Positions 9,737 to 19,827 of a DNA stretch of 64,000 bases are shown here, one piece after another (position 1 is the stretch's first letter; each line of letters opens with the position of its first letter). A program made the position numbers and the translations under genes. The DNA is taken from NCBI GenBank assembly GCA_965228735.1, contig OZ245838.1, forward strand, positions 2,144,001-2,208,000. Direction: 5' to 3'. This stretch comes from Planctomycetota bacterium (GTDB lineage Bacteria; Planctomycetota; UBA1135; UBA2386). The notes beneath the pieces are model-generated. The model had not been told where the DNA came from. It saw only the letters and a program-made list of their open reading frames with translations, and searched no databases.

Positions 9737-11269
9737 CTAACGCCGCCGCCGGCCGCCGCCGAAGCCGCCGCGCCCCTTGCCCTTGCCCTTGCCGCGCCCG
9801 CCCATGCCGCCGAGCCCGCCGAGCCCGCCCATGCCGCCGAGGCCGCCGCCGAGCCCGCCAGCGCCGAGACCCCCACCCCCCATGCCGCCGCCGAGGCCAC
9901 CGAGCCCGCCCAGGCCGCCGCCGGCGCCGCCAGGGCCGCCGCCGCCCATCATCTCGTCGAGCCCGGGCGGCAGACCGCCGCCCTTGCCGAGCTTCTTCAT
10001 GAGGTCCTGCATCGTCTTGAACTGCTTGATCAGTCCGTGCACGGCCTCGAGCGGGTTGCCCGAGCCCTGCGCGATGCGGCGCCGCCGCTGCACGTCGATG
10101 ATCTCCGGCTTGCGGCGCTCCCGCACCGTCATCGAGTGGATCATCGCCTCGATGCGCTTGAAGTGCGCGTCGTCGAAGTCGACCTGCTTCAGCATCGAGC
10201 CCACGCCCGGCAGCATGCCGAGCACCTTCTTCAGCGGGCCCATCTTGCGGATCATGTTGAGCTGCGCGATGAAGTCCTCGAAGTTGAAGCGCCCTTTCTG
10301 CAGCTTCCGCGCCTGCTTCTCGGCCTCCTTCTCGTCGATGACCGACTGCGCCTTCTCGACGAGGCCGACGACGTCGCCCATCCCGAGGATGCGACCGGCC
10401 ATCCGGCCGGGATCGAACTCCTCGAACTCGTCGACCTTCTCACCGACACCGGCGAACAGGATCGGCCGGCCGGTGATCTTGACGATCGACAAGGCGGCGC
10501 CGCCGCGCGAGTCGCCGTCGACCTTGGTCATGATCAGACCGTGCAGCGGCAGTCGCGCGTGGAACTCCTTCGCCGAGTTCACCGCGTCCTGACCGAGCAT
10601 CGCGTCGCACACGAGCAGCGCGCCGTGCGGCTTGCACTTTTCGTGCACCTCCTGCAGCTCGCTCATCAGCGCGTCGTCGACGTGCAGACGACCCGCGGTA
10701 TCGAGAATGACGACGTCGTGGCCGTGCGCCTTCGCGTAGTCGACGCCGCGCTTGCACACGTCGGGCGGGCGTTGATCCGTCGGCTCGGCGTGCACCGCGA
10801 TGCCGATCTGCTGGCCGAGCGTCTGCAGCTGCTCGACGGCCGCGGGCCGCTGCAGGTCGGCCGCGACGAGCAGCGGCTTCTTCTTCTTGGTCTGCTGCAG
10901 CCACTTGGCGAGCTTGGCGCACGTCGTCGTCTTGCCGCTGCCCTGCAGGCCGCACATCATGAGCACGAGCGGGCCCTGATCGGCGACGGGCAGCCCGACC
11001 TGCTGGCCCCCGAGCAGGTCCGTCAGCGCGTCGTGGACGCACTTGATGAACTGGTCACCGGGATCGACCGACTCGAGCACCTTCTGCCCGAGGACGCGCT
11101 CGCGGACGTCTTTGACGAAGTCCTTGCTGACCTGGAAGTTGACGTCGGCCTCGAGCAGGGCCTGCCGCACCGCCCGGATGCCGTCGTCGACGTTGGCCGC
11201 GGTGAGGGTCTTCTGACCGACGATCGAGCGGTAGGCGGAGCCGAGCGCGTTCGCGAGCGAATCGAACAT
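9737..11269 (-). CDS. ffh: Signal recognition particle protein
   Basis: GLQGSGKTTT, DTAGRLH, TKVDGDSRGGAALS, M domain, Gly-rich tail. Confidence 0.97.
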   Translation of the reverse strand: MFDSLANALGSAYRSIVGQKTLTAANVDDGIRAVRQALLEADVNFQVSKDFVKDVRERVLGQKVLESVDPGDQFIKCVHDALTDLLGGQQVGLPVADQGPLVLMMCGLQGSGKTTTCAKLAKWLQQTKKKKPLLVAADLQRPAAVEQLQTLGQQIGIAVHAEPTDQRPPDVCKRGVDYAKAHGHDVVILDTAGRLHVDDALMSELQEVHEKCKPHGALLVCDAMLGQDAVNSAKEFHARLPLHGLIMTKVDGDSRGGAALSIVKITGRPILFAGVGEKVDEFEEFDPGRMAGRILGMGDVVGLVEKAQSVIDEKEAEKQARKLQKGRFNFEDFIAQLNMIRKMGPLKKVLGMLPGVGSMLKQVDFDDAHFKRIEAMIHSMTVRERRKPEIIDVQRRRRIAQGSGNPLEAVHGLIKQFKTMQDLMKKLGKGGGLPPGLDEMMGGGGPGGAGGGLGGLGGLGGGMGGGGLGAGGLGGGLGGMGGLGGLGGMGGRGKGKGKGRGGFGGGRRRR

Positions 11270-11514
11270 TGCGGGCAGGATGTTGGGGCCGATGGTCGGG
11301 GTCAAGCCAGCGTTGCGGCAACCGCCAGACTCGCGACCATGACGCCGCCGGGCGCGGCCGATAGACTGGTTGAACTACGGCCCGAGCGCGGCCTATCCAC
11401 CGGAATAGGCGGCACCTACAGCCGTCCAATTCCGCGTTCCGGCAGTCCCGGGTCGGCCCCGAAACCGGGCACCCGATTCGGTCACCTGGACCGGAACTTG
11501 CAACGAGGTAAGCC

Positions 11515-12210
11515 ATGACCACCTTCCGCACCGCTCCCGCGATTCTCCTCGGCCTGCTGGCCGCGTGCGCAACCCCTTCCCCGGGTGACGGTTACGCCCA
11601 CAGCCTCGAGCTCGAGCTGTATGACCTGCAAACCAGTCAGCGGGTGTTTCGGGAACAGAACACCGTGCCTCAGGTCTTCAATTTCGAAGGCCACGGCCGC
11701 GTGACGGTGCGTGAGATCACGCTCGACGGGTTCCCGGGCAACACCTACCTGCGCTGCCGCTTCCACTACGAGAACCGCACGAAGAAGCCCGTGGTCCAGA
11801 GCTGGGTGATGCTCGACGTGCTCAACCCGAAGGGTGAGCTCGTGTCGAGCCAGGCAACCGTGTGCATCGTCCCCCACCCGATGCCGATCGGTCGCGGTGA
11901 GTTCGTCATGGACGAGCTGCGCACGCGCACCTACGGCGCCCACCTCGAAGAGGGCTGGGCCTGGCGCATCCGCTGCGTCGCGGAGCTGCAGGAGCCCGTC
12001 GAGCCGCTCGACCCGCCCGCGGACATGGGCGGCTGGCCGGTGTTCGACCCGATCATCATCAAGAACCGCGGCCAGAACGACTACGTGTTCGACGACTACT
12101 ACGACCAGTACCGCTGGCCGGCGCCCTACCGCGGCCCGGGCTACGGCCGCTACCTGCGCGACGGGCAGGGCTACCGCGTGCCCGGCGGCGGCGACCGCAA
12201 CTTCCGCTGA
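11515..12210 (+). CDS. Hypothetical lipoprotein
   Basis: Lipobox LLAAC; RBS gagg upstream. Confidence 0.75.
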   Translation: MTTFRTAPAILLGLLAACATPSPGDGYAHSLELELYDLQTSQRVFREQNTVPQVFNFEGHGRVTVREITLDGFPGNTYLRCRFHYENRTKKPVVQSWVMLDVLNPKGELVSSQATVCIVPHPMPIGRGEFVMDELRTRTYGAHLEEGWAWRIRCVAELQEPVEPLDPPADMGGWPVFDPIIIKNRGQNDYVFDDYYDQYRWPAPYRGPGYGRYLRDGQGYRVPGGGDRNFR

Positions 12211-12325
12211 GCCGGCAGCGCCGCTCTCCCCCCGCCCACCCCTTTGCCGCCGCTGCGCCGCCGCAGCGGGGGACGCGCGATGCTGCGGCATTCGGCGTCA
12301 ACTGGCCGGCGTCGACCGACCGGCG

Positions 12326-12871
12326 TCAGCCGCCGGTGAGCCAGCCCCAGACCGTTCGGGCCCCGGTCACGAACACGACGCCGAAGCCGACGAGCAGGAT
12401 CGCGACGATCACGAACGTGAACAGGCAGCCGAACCAACTGCCCTCGGGCGCGCGCGCGGCCGCGCCGCGCAGCCGCTCGTCGACGTCGCTGGCGGTCACG
12501 CCGTGGGTTTCGAGATCGCGCCGCACGCGCTCCGGATAGTCGGCGAACGGCACCTGCGCGCGGGCCTTCAAGGACTGCAGCAGCTTGCCCGGCTTGGTCG
12601 TCGAATCGACGAACTGGCGGATCGCAGCGTCGACGTCCGGCTCGCCGCGCACACCGCTCCAGAACAGCGCGCGACCGGCGCGCTTCGAAAACCCCGCGCC
12701 GAGCCACAACCGCCCGAGCCGTTCGAGCGCCCACGGCGTGTAGGCGTGCGTGTCGATCCAACTCTCGAGCAGTTCGACCGCGCGCCCGACGTCACCGCTC
12801 TCGACGGCGTCGTCGACCCGGCTCTGCCATTCCGCGGGAACCGGTTTCAGATCGTTGCCGGACCTGGCCAT
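12326..12871 (-). CDS. Hypothetical protein with C-terminal TM helix
   Basis: 181-aa ORF co-directional with the upstream peptidase; hydrophobic C-terminus. Confidence 0.65.
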   Translation of the reverse strand: MARSGNDLKPVPAEWQSRVDDAVESGDVGRAVELLESWIDTHAYTPWALERLGRLWLGAGFSKRAGRALFWSGVRGEPDVDAAIRQFVDSTTKPGKLLQSLKARAQVPFADYPERVRRDLETHGVTASDVDERLRGAAARAPEGSWFGCLFTFVIVAILLVGFGVVFVTGARTVWGWLTGG

Positions 12872-12895
12872 CGCGCTGTTCGACCAGCTCCAGGG

Positions 12896-14302
12896 TCAGC
12901 GCCCGCGCCGGCGCCGCTTGCTGCTCTCGAGCATCGCCTTGCCGGCCTCGTTCCACTGCGGCGGCGTTTCGCGGTCGGCGAGATCGCGCACGAACGCCGC
13001 GAGACCGCGGATGATCTGCGTCATGTGCGGGATGTCCAGCTTGCCGATCTCGTCCGAGGGCTTGTGGTAGTCGGCGTGCAGCGACCCGGCGCTGATCGAG
13101 TGCGCGACGATGCCGTGCTGCACGAACGGGTAGTTGTCGCTCGCGCGGAACAGCTGGCGCGCCATGCGGAACTCGGTGATCTCGACGCCGGCCGCGGGCA
13201 TCACCGCCGCGGCGATCGTCGCGAAGTCGCTGAACTCCGCACCGGTGATCCAGGCGTGGTTCTGCTTGCCCTCCTCGGGACGCCCGATCATCTCGATGTT
13301 GACGTTCGCGACGATCTGCTCGCGCGGCACGGGCGGCCGCTCGCAGAACGCGCGCGAACCACGCAGCCCCTTCTCCTCGGCCGAGAAACACACGAACAGG
13401 ATGCTGCGCTGCGGCGCCGGCATCTTCGCGAGCGCCTCGGCGAGCAACACGACGGCGGTCGTGCCCGTCGCGTTGTCGTCGGCGCCGTTGTAGATCGAAT
13501 CGCCGGCGGCCGCGGTGCCGACGCCGACGTGGTCGTAGTGCGCGCTGACGACGACGAACTCCGCGCTCTTCGTCGTGCCGGGCAGCAGACCGACGACGTT
13601 GCGCAGCGGGATCTCGGTGGCCTCGGCGAGCGGCGCCGTCCACGTCGCGGCCCACCCCGGCTCGGCGCCGCCGGGTTGGTGCGCGGGCAGGATGCCGTCG
13701 CGGACGACGAAGATCGGCCGCGACGCGCGCCGGCGCTGCGTCAGCATCGATCGCTTGCCCGCCGACTGGACCCAGTACGGATGGTCCTCGGGCACCTCGA
13801 GGATGATCGGCCGGCGCGCGGAGTTGGCGCGCAGCAGCTGGCGCAGCACGGGGTCGCCGATCTTGGCCACGGTCGCCGGCTCCTCGTCGCCGCCCTTCAC
13901 GTCCGCAGGGCGATACAGGCGCACGTCCTGGTCCGGCACGAGCTCGAACTCGACCTTCTTCTCGCCTTCCTTGCGCCCGATCGTGACCGTGATCGCGGTC
14001 GAGTCGAGGCGGACGCCCGGCAGCGTGTAGTCGTGCGCCCATGCTGCGCCCGGCACCGCCTTCAGGCCGGCCTCCTGGAACCGCTCGGTGAGCCAGTCGG
14101 CGGCGGCCTCGAGCTCGGGGCTCGGCGTGTCGCGACCGCGCCGTTCGTCGGCCGCGAGCCACGTGACGACTTCGCGCACGCGCTCCTCGGTCACGACGCG
14201 TTCGACGCTGGTCGTCTTGCCAGGGTCCTGCGCCGGCAGGGCGGCGGCGATGGCGGCGGTGGCGAGCACCGCGAACGGAGTGTGGCGAGCGAGGTCCGTC
14301 AT
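12896..14302 (-). CDS. M28 family metallopeptidase, secreted
   Basis: SAHYDH, NGADDNATG, AEEKGL, SDNYPF, YHKPSD; signal peptide. Confidence 0.93.
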   Translation of the reverse strand: MTDLARHTPFAVLATAAIAAALPAQDPGKTTSVERVVTEERVREVVTWLAADERRGRDTPSPELEAAADWLTERFQEAGLKAVPGAAWAHDYTLPGVRLDSTAITVTIGRKEGEKKVEFELVPDQDVRLYRPADVKGGDEEPATVAKIGDPVLRQLLRANSARRPIILEVPEDHPYWVQSAGKRSMLTQRRRASRPIFVVRDGILPAHQPGGAEPGWAATWTAPLAEATEIPLRNVVGLLPGTTKSAEFVVVSAHYDHVGVGTAAAGDSIYNGADDNATGTTAVVLLAEALAKMPAPQRSILFVCFSAEEKGLRGSRAFCERPPVPREQIVANVNIEMIGRPEEGKQNHAWITGAEFSDFATIAAAVMPAAGVEITEFRMARQLFRASDNYPFVQHGIVAHSISAGSLHADYHKPSDEIGKLDIPHMTQIIRGLAAFVRDLADRETPPQWNEAGKAMLESSKRRRRGR

Positions 14303-15126
14303 GAGAGGAGAGCGTTGAGGCTGCCGCTGCGGTAGCCGAAGACGTCGAGCGCGACGAAGGTATAGCCGACGGCCTGCAGGTCCCGGCCGACCGCTTCGCG
14401 TAGTTCGAACGCGCGCGGCAGTTCGTCACCCGCGACCTCGACTCGCGCCAGGCGGTCGTGGTGCCGCACGCGGAACTGCCGGAAGCCGCGCGCCTTGAGC
14501 GCGGCCTCCGCGCGTTCGACGCGGTCGAGGATCGTGCGGTCGATCGCGATCCCGTACGGCACGCGCGAGGACAGGCACGCGAAGCTCGGTTTGTCCGCGG
14601 TGCGCAGGCCGTGCTCGCGGCTGTAGCGCCGCACGTCGTCCTTGCCCATGCCGGCGTCGAGCAGGGGTGCCTGCACGCCGTGCTCGCTGGCCGCGCGCTG
14701 CCCGGGCCGGTGGTCGCCGAGGTCGTCGGTGATCGCGCCGTAGACGACGATCCAGGTCGCCGGCGCGATCGCCGCGCGCTGCTCCGCGACCTTGACGAAC
14801 AGTTCCTTCTTGCAGTGATAGCACCGGTCGCCCGCGTTCTCGCGATAGCCGGCCCGCGCCAGCTCGTCCGTCGGCAACACGACGTGCCGCACCGACAGCT
14901 CGCGCGCGAGCTCCGCCGCTTCCTGCAACTCCGCGCGCGGCAGCGACGGCGAGTCCGCGGTCACCGCGACGACCCGATCCCCGAGCACGGCGGCCGCGGC
15001 ATGCAGCAACGCGGTCGAGTCCACGCCCCCGGAGAACGCCACGACCGCGCCATCGAGCGCCGCGAGCTGCGCCCGCAGCGCGGCGACCTTCTCGACGAAC
15101 GGCAACGAACTCGCGGCAACCGACAT
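14299..15126 (-). CDS. larE: ATP-dependent sacrificial sulfur transferase, LarE family
   Basis: PP-loop AFSGGVDST, RCYHCK, DHRPG, CLSSRVPYG, RVRHH, GYRSGSLN. Confidence 0.9.
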   Translation of the reverse strand: MSVAASSLPFVEKVAALRAQLAALDGAVVAFSGGVDSTALLHAAAAVLGDRVVAVTADSPSLPRAELQEAAELARELSVRHVVLPTDELARAGYRENAGDRCYHCKKELFVKVAEQRAAIAPATWIVVYGAITDDLGDHRPGQRAASEHGVQAPLLDAGMGKDDVRRYSREHGLRTADKPSFACLSSRVPYGIAIDRTILDRVERAEAALKARGFRQFRVRHHDRLARVEVAGDELPRAFELREAVGRDLQAVGYTFVALDVFGYRSGSLNALLS

Positions 15127-15145
15127 GCCCCAGTCTTACCCCAGA

Positions 15146-15260
15146 TGGCGGTACCGAACCCGGTTCAAATCCGCCACCACCCCGCGACCACAAACCGCTA
15201 CCAGAACCCGCATCGACCGGCCCGGCAAGTGGCGGATTCGAACCGGGTTCGGTACGGCCA
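15146..15260. repeat. REP-doublet (REPIN-like) element A: 32-bp inverted arms, 51-nt spacer
   Basis: tggcggtaccgaacccggttcaaatccgccac (15146-15177) matches the reverse complement of 15229-15260 at 30/32. Each arm is itself a hairpin. Confidence 0.85.
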
Positions 15261-15268
15261 CGCCGGGG

Positions 15269-16237
15269 TCAGCTGCCGGGGCTGCAGCGGATCTCGTCGT
15301 CGGGGGTGAAGATCGAACGGGCGCGGACCTTGCCGTCCGGAACGTGAGCGCCGGGGAAGAGCAGGCAGTCGGTGAGGTGGACGTCCTTGCCGATGCGCGC
15401 ACCCTGCATCGCGATGCAGTTCTGCAGCGTGCTGTCGCCGGCCGTCTGCACGTCGTCGCCGATGTAGTTGCCGCTCGGATGACCGGCCTGGGCGAGCAGG
15501 CGCAGGTTCAGGTCGAGCAGATCGGCCGGGTAGCTCACGTTCATGTCGTCCATGACGACCTCGGCCGCTTCGACCGGATACCCGTCGTCGAGGAAGATCT
15601 GGATCGAGTCCGTGATCTCGTACTCGTTCCGCATCGCGGTGCGCGGCGTGCGGCGAACCGCGTCGAAGAACGACAGGTCGAACAGATAGATGCCGCAGCC
15701 CTTGAGATCGGTGCGCGGATGCCGCGGCTTCTCGATGACGCGCTGCACGACGTTGCGTTCGTCCGTGAGCACGACGAAGTTGCGCTTGATCAACTCGCGA
15801 TCCGGCTCGCGCTTGCACGCGAGCACGCCGCCGAGCTCCGCGGTGCGAAAGCGCTCCACCATCGACGCGACGTTCTCGGTCGCGAAGAAGATGTCGCCGA
15901 GGAACAGGAAGAACGGGCGGTCGACGTGGGCCTCGAGCCGGGACACCGCGTGCGCGATGCCGAGCGTCTCCTCCTGCTCGACGTAGCTGATCTGCACCCC
16001 CCAGCGGCTGCCGTCGCCGAGCGCGCGCACGACCTCGTGCCCGAGGTGGCCGATCACGACGACGACGCGGCGGATGCCGAGCCCGGCCATCATCTCCAGC
16101 TGATAGCTCACCAGCGGCTTGCCGAGCACCGGCAGGATCGGCTTGGGCCAATGCTCGGAGAACGGCCGCATGCGCGTGCCCTTGCCCGCGGCAAGGACCA
16201 CGCCCATGAACTCACCGCTGTCGCCGCCGGCGCTCAC
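15269..16237 (-). CDS. Sugar-phosphate nucleotidyltransferase (RmlA-like)
   Basis: LAAGKGTRMRP..PKP, YVEQEETLGIAHA, LGD, EKP, EYEITD. Confidence 0.9.
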   Translation of the reverse strand: MSAGGDSGEFMGVVLAAGKGTRMRPFSEHWPKPILPVLGKPLVSYQLEMMAGLGIRRVVVVIGHLGHEVVRALGDGSRWGVQISYVEQEETLGIAHAVSRLEAHVDRPFFLFLGDIFFATENVASMVERFRTAELGGVLACKREPDRELIKRNFVVLTDERNVVQRVIEKPRHPRTDLKGCGIYLFDLSFFDAVRRTPRTAMRNEYEITDSIQIFLDDGYPVEAAEVVMDDMNVSYPADLLDLNLRLLAQAGHPSGNYIGDDVQTAGDSTLQNCIAMQGARIGKDVHLTDCLLFPGAHVPDGKVRARSIFTPDDEIRCSPGS

Positions 16238-18477
16238 TGCTGCGGCGTGGTCGCCAGCAGCGCGACGTCCTGGAAGATGTTGCGCACCAGCGAGACACGG
16301 TTCGTGACGAGGCTCGCGATCAGCAGGTCGCGGCGGCCGTCGCCGTCCATGTCCTGCAGGTCGGCATCGGACGCGCCGAGCGTGCCCGGGAAGCGCGACA
16401 CGAGCGGGAAGCCGCCGTTGCCGTCACCGACGAGCACGCGGAAGTCACCGCTCTGCAGCGAGGTCACGAGCACGTCGGTGATGCCGTCACCGCTCAGATC
16501 GTCCGCGAGCAGCGCCGTCGGCGTCTGGCCGGCCGGGAAGCTCACACCATCGAAGCCCGCTGCGCTGCCGTAGAGGATCGAGACCGTGCCGTCCGCGCCG
16601 TTGCTGACGACGAGGTCGGCGACCGAGTCGCGGTTGAAGTCGCCGGTGATGAGGTAGTTGGGCGACTGGCCCACCGGCACCGAGAGCGCCTGGGCGAAAT
16701 CACCGGCGCCGTCGTTCGAGAGCACCGTGATGTCGGCCATGTCCGTGCGCGACACCGCGAGGTCGACGACACCGTCCCCGGTGAAGTCGGCGGCGACGAG
16801 ATCCGTCGGCTGACCGCCCAAGGCCACCGTCCGTTCGTTGCCGAACGCGAACGGCGCGCCGAGCCCGTCGACGATGTGCACCGCACCGCCGCTGTAGTTG
16901 CAGACCGCGATGTCGAGCTGGTCGTCGTTGTTGAAGTCGGCACTCGTGACGCCGAACGGCAGGTTCGACGCCGGAATCGCGACGACGAGACCCGGCAGCA
17001 CGGTGAACGCGTAGTTGCCCGGGGTCGAGTCGTTGCGCAGCACCTTCACGCCCGTCGCGACCGATGCGAGCACGTCCAGGCGACCGTCACGATCGAGGTC
17101 GACCGTCTCGATCTGCAGCACCGCCGCGCCGACGTCGACCATCAGCGCGGGCACGAGTGCGCCCTTCGCGTTGCGTTCGAGGATGCTGATCTGCGTGTCG
17201 GTGTAGCCGCCGACGGCCACCTCGACGTCGCCGTCGCCATCGACATCGGCCGCCCCGAGGAACGACGCGCGGGTGATGCCGGCGTCGTAGCTGCGGGCAC
17301 CGAGGACGCGGCCATCGGGCGCGCCGAGCCACAGGTTGACGCGGTCCCCGAGGCCACTGAGCGCCATGAGGTCGTTCACGCCGTTCTGGTCGACGTCACC
17401 GACGAACGGCCGCAGCGGCAGGCCGGTCGCATCGAGTTGCTCGAACTCGTTGAGCACGCCGCCCGGCTGCTGCGGGATCACGACGATGCTCGCGTTGGAT
17501 TCCTGGCACGCGATCACGTCCTGCAGACCGTCACCCGTGACGTCGCCGATCGTGCAGAGCGTCGGCGGCGCGGTGAGCTGGACCGCGATGCGCGTGACCG
17601 GCACGACGCCGCCGTTGGCCGACCCGTAGTCGATGCCCGTGACGACGACGATCTGACCCGTGTTGGCGGCCGACAGCGCGATGTCGTTGAAGCCGTCACC
17701 CGTGACGTCGCCGATCGCCGCGGCCCGCGGCCGACCCGGGATGTCGAACTCGTAGGTGCCCTGCACCTGGCCGACCGACATCACGTAGACGACGACGCGC
17801 GAGTTGGCCGTGTCCGTGACCACGAGGTCCGGCACGCTGTCGCGCGAGACGTCGCCGACCGCGAGGTTGAACGCCACCCCACCACCGGGCAGCGCGGGTG
17901 CCGGCCCGATGGCGAACAGCCCGGTGCCGCCGTTCAGGAACGTCACGATCTCGGGTGCCGTCTGCCGCGTCGCGACGATGTCGTTGTCGCCATCGTTGTC
18001 GATGTCGGCCGCGACCACCGCGAGCGCGTCGGAGCCGACGACGAGCGAGGTGAACGCCGTGAACGTGCCCGAGCCGTCGTTGAGGTAGACATCGGCCGTC
18101 TGGTTGCCCGCCCGCATCACGACGAGGTCGCGATCCAGGTCGCCGTCGAAGTCCGCGCCATCCATCCAGATCGGCGCGCCGTCGATCTGCAGCAGCTGCC
18201 CGTCGTCGTAGGTCGTGCCGTTGCCGATCAGGATCTTCAGTTCACCCGTCAGGCTCACGACGGCCATGTCGAGGATGTTGTCGCCGTTGAGGTCCGCGAC
18301 GTGATAGTCGGCGTGCGCACCCGTGCCGGTGTTGATCTCGAGCCGGGTCTCGAACAGCGGGACGCCCGCGGTGGCGGACGGTGACGCACCCGAATGACGG
18401 GCGCAACCGGTGCCGAGGGCGAGCAGCGGCAGCAGGGCGAGACCGGGGAGAAGCTTGGGAAAGCTGTGGATATTCAT
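16234..18477 (-). CDS. FG-GAP/VCBS repeat lipoprotein
   Basis: More than 10 'D(F/L/V)xGDGxxDL' repeats; lipobox-like LGTGC. Confidence 0.9.
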   Translation of the reverse strand: MNIHSFPKLLPGLALLPLLALGTGCARHSGASPSATAGVPLFETRLEINTGTGAHADYHVADLNGDNILDMAVVSLTGELKILIGNGTTYDDGQLLQIDGAPIWMDGADFDGDLDRDLVVMRAGNQTADVYLNDGSGTFTAFTSLVVGSDALAVVAADIDNDGDNDIVATRQTAPEIVTFLNGGTGLFAIGPAPALPGGGVAFNLAVGDVSRDSVPDLVVTDTANSRVVVYVMSVGQVQGTYEFDIPGRPRAAAIGDVTGDGFNDIALSAANTGQIVVVTGIDYGSANGGVVPVTRIAVQLTAPPTLCTIGDVTGDGLQDVIACQESNASIVVIPQQPGGVLNEFEQLDATGLPLRPFVGDVDQNGVNDLMALSGLGDRVNLWLGAPDGRVLGARSYDAGITRASFLGAADVDGDGDVEVAVGGYTDTQISILERNAKGALVPALMVDVGAAVLQIETVDLDRDGRLDVLASVATGVKVLRNDSTPGNYAFTVLPGLVVAIPASNLPFGVTSADFNNDDQLDIAVCNYSGGAVHIVDGLGAPFAFGNERTVALGGQPTDLVAADFTGDGVVDLAVSRTDMADITVLSNDGAGDFAQALSVPVGQSPNYLITGDFNRDSVADLVVSNGADGTVSILYGSAAGFDGVSFPAGQTPTALLADDLSGDGITDVLVTSLQSGDFRVLVGDGNGGFPLVSRFPGTLGASDADLQDMDGDGRRDLLIASLVTNRVSLVRNIFQDVALLATTPQQ

Positions 18478-18604
18478 TTGGGGAGATCGAGCGCGGCCGC
18501 TGGTTGGAGCGACCTAGCGAAGCGTATCACCCCTGCAACCTGCCCCCGGCCGTAATGTTGCGCAATCTTCCGAAAACCCGGTGGCACCGAAGGTTGCGAC
18601 GACA

Positions 18605-19174
18605 CTACGAGCCGGGGCCGCCATCTTCGGGCCGCAAGTAGCTTACGGCGCGCTGCACGTAGTGCGACGCCCGCCAGCGCTGCCCCGCCATCTCGTCCTC
18701 CGTAACCTCACGCACGACCTTGCCCGGCATGCCGAGCACGACGGACCGCGGTGGGATGACGGCGTCCTCCTTGATCAGGGCGCCGGCCCCGATGATCGAG
18801 TACTCGCCGATGCGGGCGCCGCCGAGCACGATGCTGCCCATCCCGATCAGCGCGTAGTCGCCGATCTCGACGCCGTGCACGATCGCCGAGTGGCCGATCG
18901 TCACGCCCTTGCCGATCCGCATCGGCGCGCCGACGTCGATGTGCACGCACGTGTTGTCCTGCACGTTCGTGTCGTCGCCGATCTCGATCCAGGCATCATC
19001 GCCGCGGATCGTCACGCCGAACCAGATGCCCACGTTCTTGCCGAGCCGCACGTCGCCGACCACCGTCGCGTTGTCGGCGATCATCGCGTCGCCGCGCCTG
19101 GTGAAGCGGCCGACCATGTCGGGATGAACGAGGAACTCGCGGGACTCGGGGTTGCCGGTGTAGTCGGGGCTCAT
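18605..19174 (-). CDS. Gamma carbonic anhydrase family hexapeptide-repeat protein
   Basis: VVGDVRLG, IRGD, NVQDNTCVH, TIGHSAIVHG; ATGA coupling to the upstream gene. Confidence 0.92.
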   Translation of the reverse strand: MSPDYTGNPESREFLVHPDMVGRFTRRGDAMIADNATVVGDVRLGKNVGIWFGVTIRGDDAWIEIGDDTNVQDNTCVHIDVGAPMRIGKGVTIGHSAIVHGVEIGDYALIGMGSIVLGGARIGEYSIIGAGALIKEDAVIPPRSVVLGMPGKVVREVTEDEMAGQRWRASHYVQRAVSYLRPEDGGPGS

Positions 19175-19827
19175 GCGGGATACATCCAGTCGAGGGTCTC
19201 GGGGAACAGCACCGCGACCGTGACCGTGATGCCGTTGTGCAGCGCGTGCGCGAGCATCGCCGGCAACAGCGCGTCGTGCCGCGCGCGCAGGTAGCCGAAC
19301 AGCAGCGACAGCACGCCGACCGGGAACGCGTACTCGAGGCCGTGCACGAGCCCGAAGACGGTCGCGGTCAGCAGATGCGTCCACACCTTCGGCAGGTACG
19401 CGGCGAATCCGGCGAACAGGTAACCGCGGAACAGGATCTCCTCCCAGATCGGCGCGATGACGACGATCACGATGAGCCTCACGGCGAAGCCATCGGTCGA
19501 GCTACCGCCGTCCGCGAGCCCCTGCAGCTCCGGCTGCGGCGCCACCGGGAACCCGACCGCGTGCATGATGTGCAGGTAGCCGAGTGCGATACCCAACCAC
19601 GCGATGAAGAACGGCGGGTAGACCAGCAGCACGCCGCGCCACGCCATCGGCGCGTAGCCGACCCGCGGCGGCCAGACCGAAGCCAGCAGCCCGAACAGCA
19701 CGAGGCCCGCGAGCAGATCGACGGTTGCCGCGATCACGTAGACGGCCGCGGCGGCGAGCACCTGCAGCGCGGGCCGCGGCGGCGGGGTCGCCGTGGCCGG
19801 GCCGGGAGCAGCGCTCGGGTCGCTCAT
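19171..19827 (-). CDS. CPBP (CAAX/Abi) intramembrane metalloprotease
   Basis: [22 protein letters not shown]. Confidence 0.92.
   Translation of the reverse strand: MSDPSAAPGPATATPPPRPALQVLAAAAVYVIAATVDLLAGLVLFGLLASVWPPRVGYAPMAWRGVLLVYPPFFIAWLGIALGYLHIMHAVGFPVAPQPELQGLADGGSSTDGFAVRLIVIVVIAPIWEEILFRGYLFAGFAAYLPKVWTHLLTATVFGLVHGLEYAFPVGVLSLLFGYLRARHDALLPAMLAHALHNGITVTVAVLFPETLDWMYPA

Noticed and set aside
9737..9960. Gly-rich repeat at the ffh 3' end as a separate element
   Set aside because: Simply a low-complexity GGLGG/GGMGG coding tail of Ffh.
11270..11514. SRP RNA (ffs) near ffh
   Set aside because: No conserved SRP domain IV motif (CAGG..GNRA..AGCAG) found on either strand.
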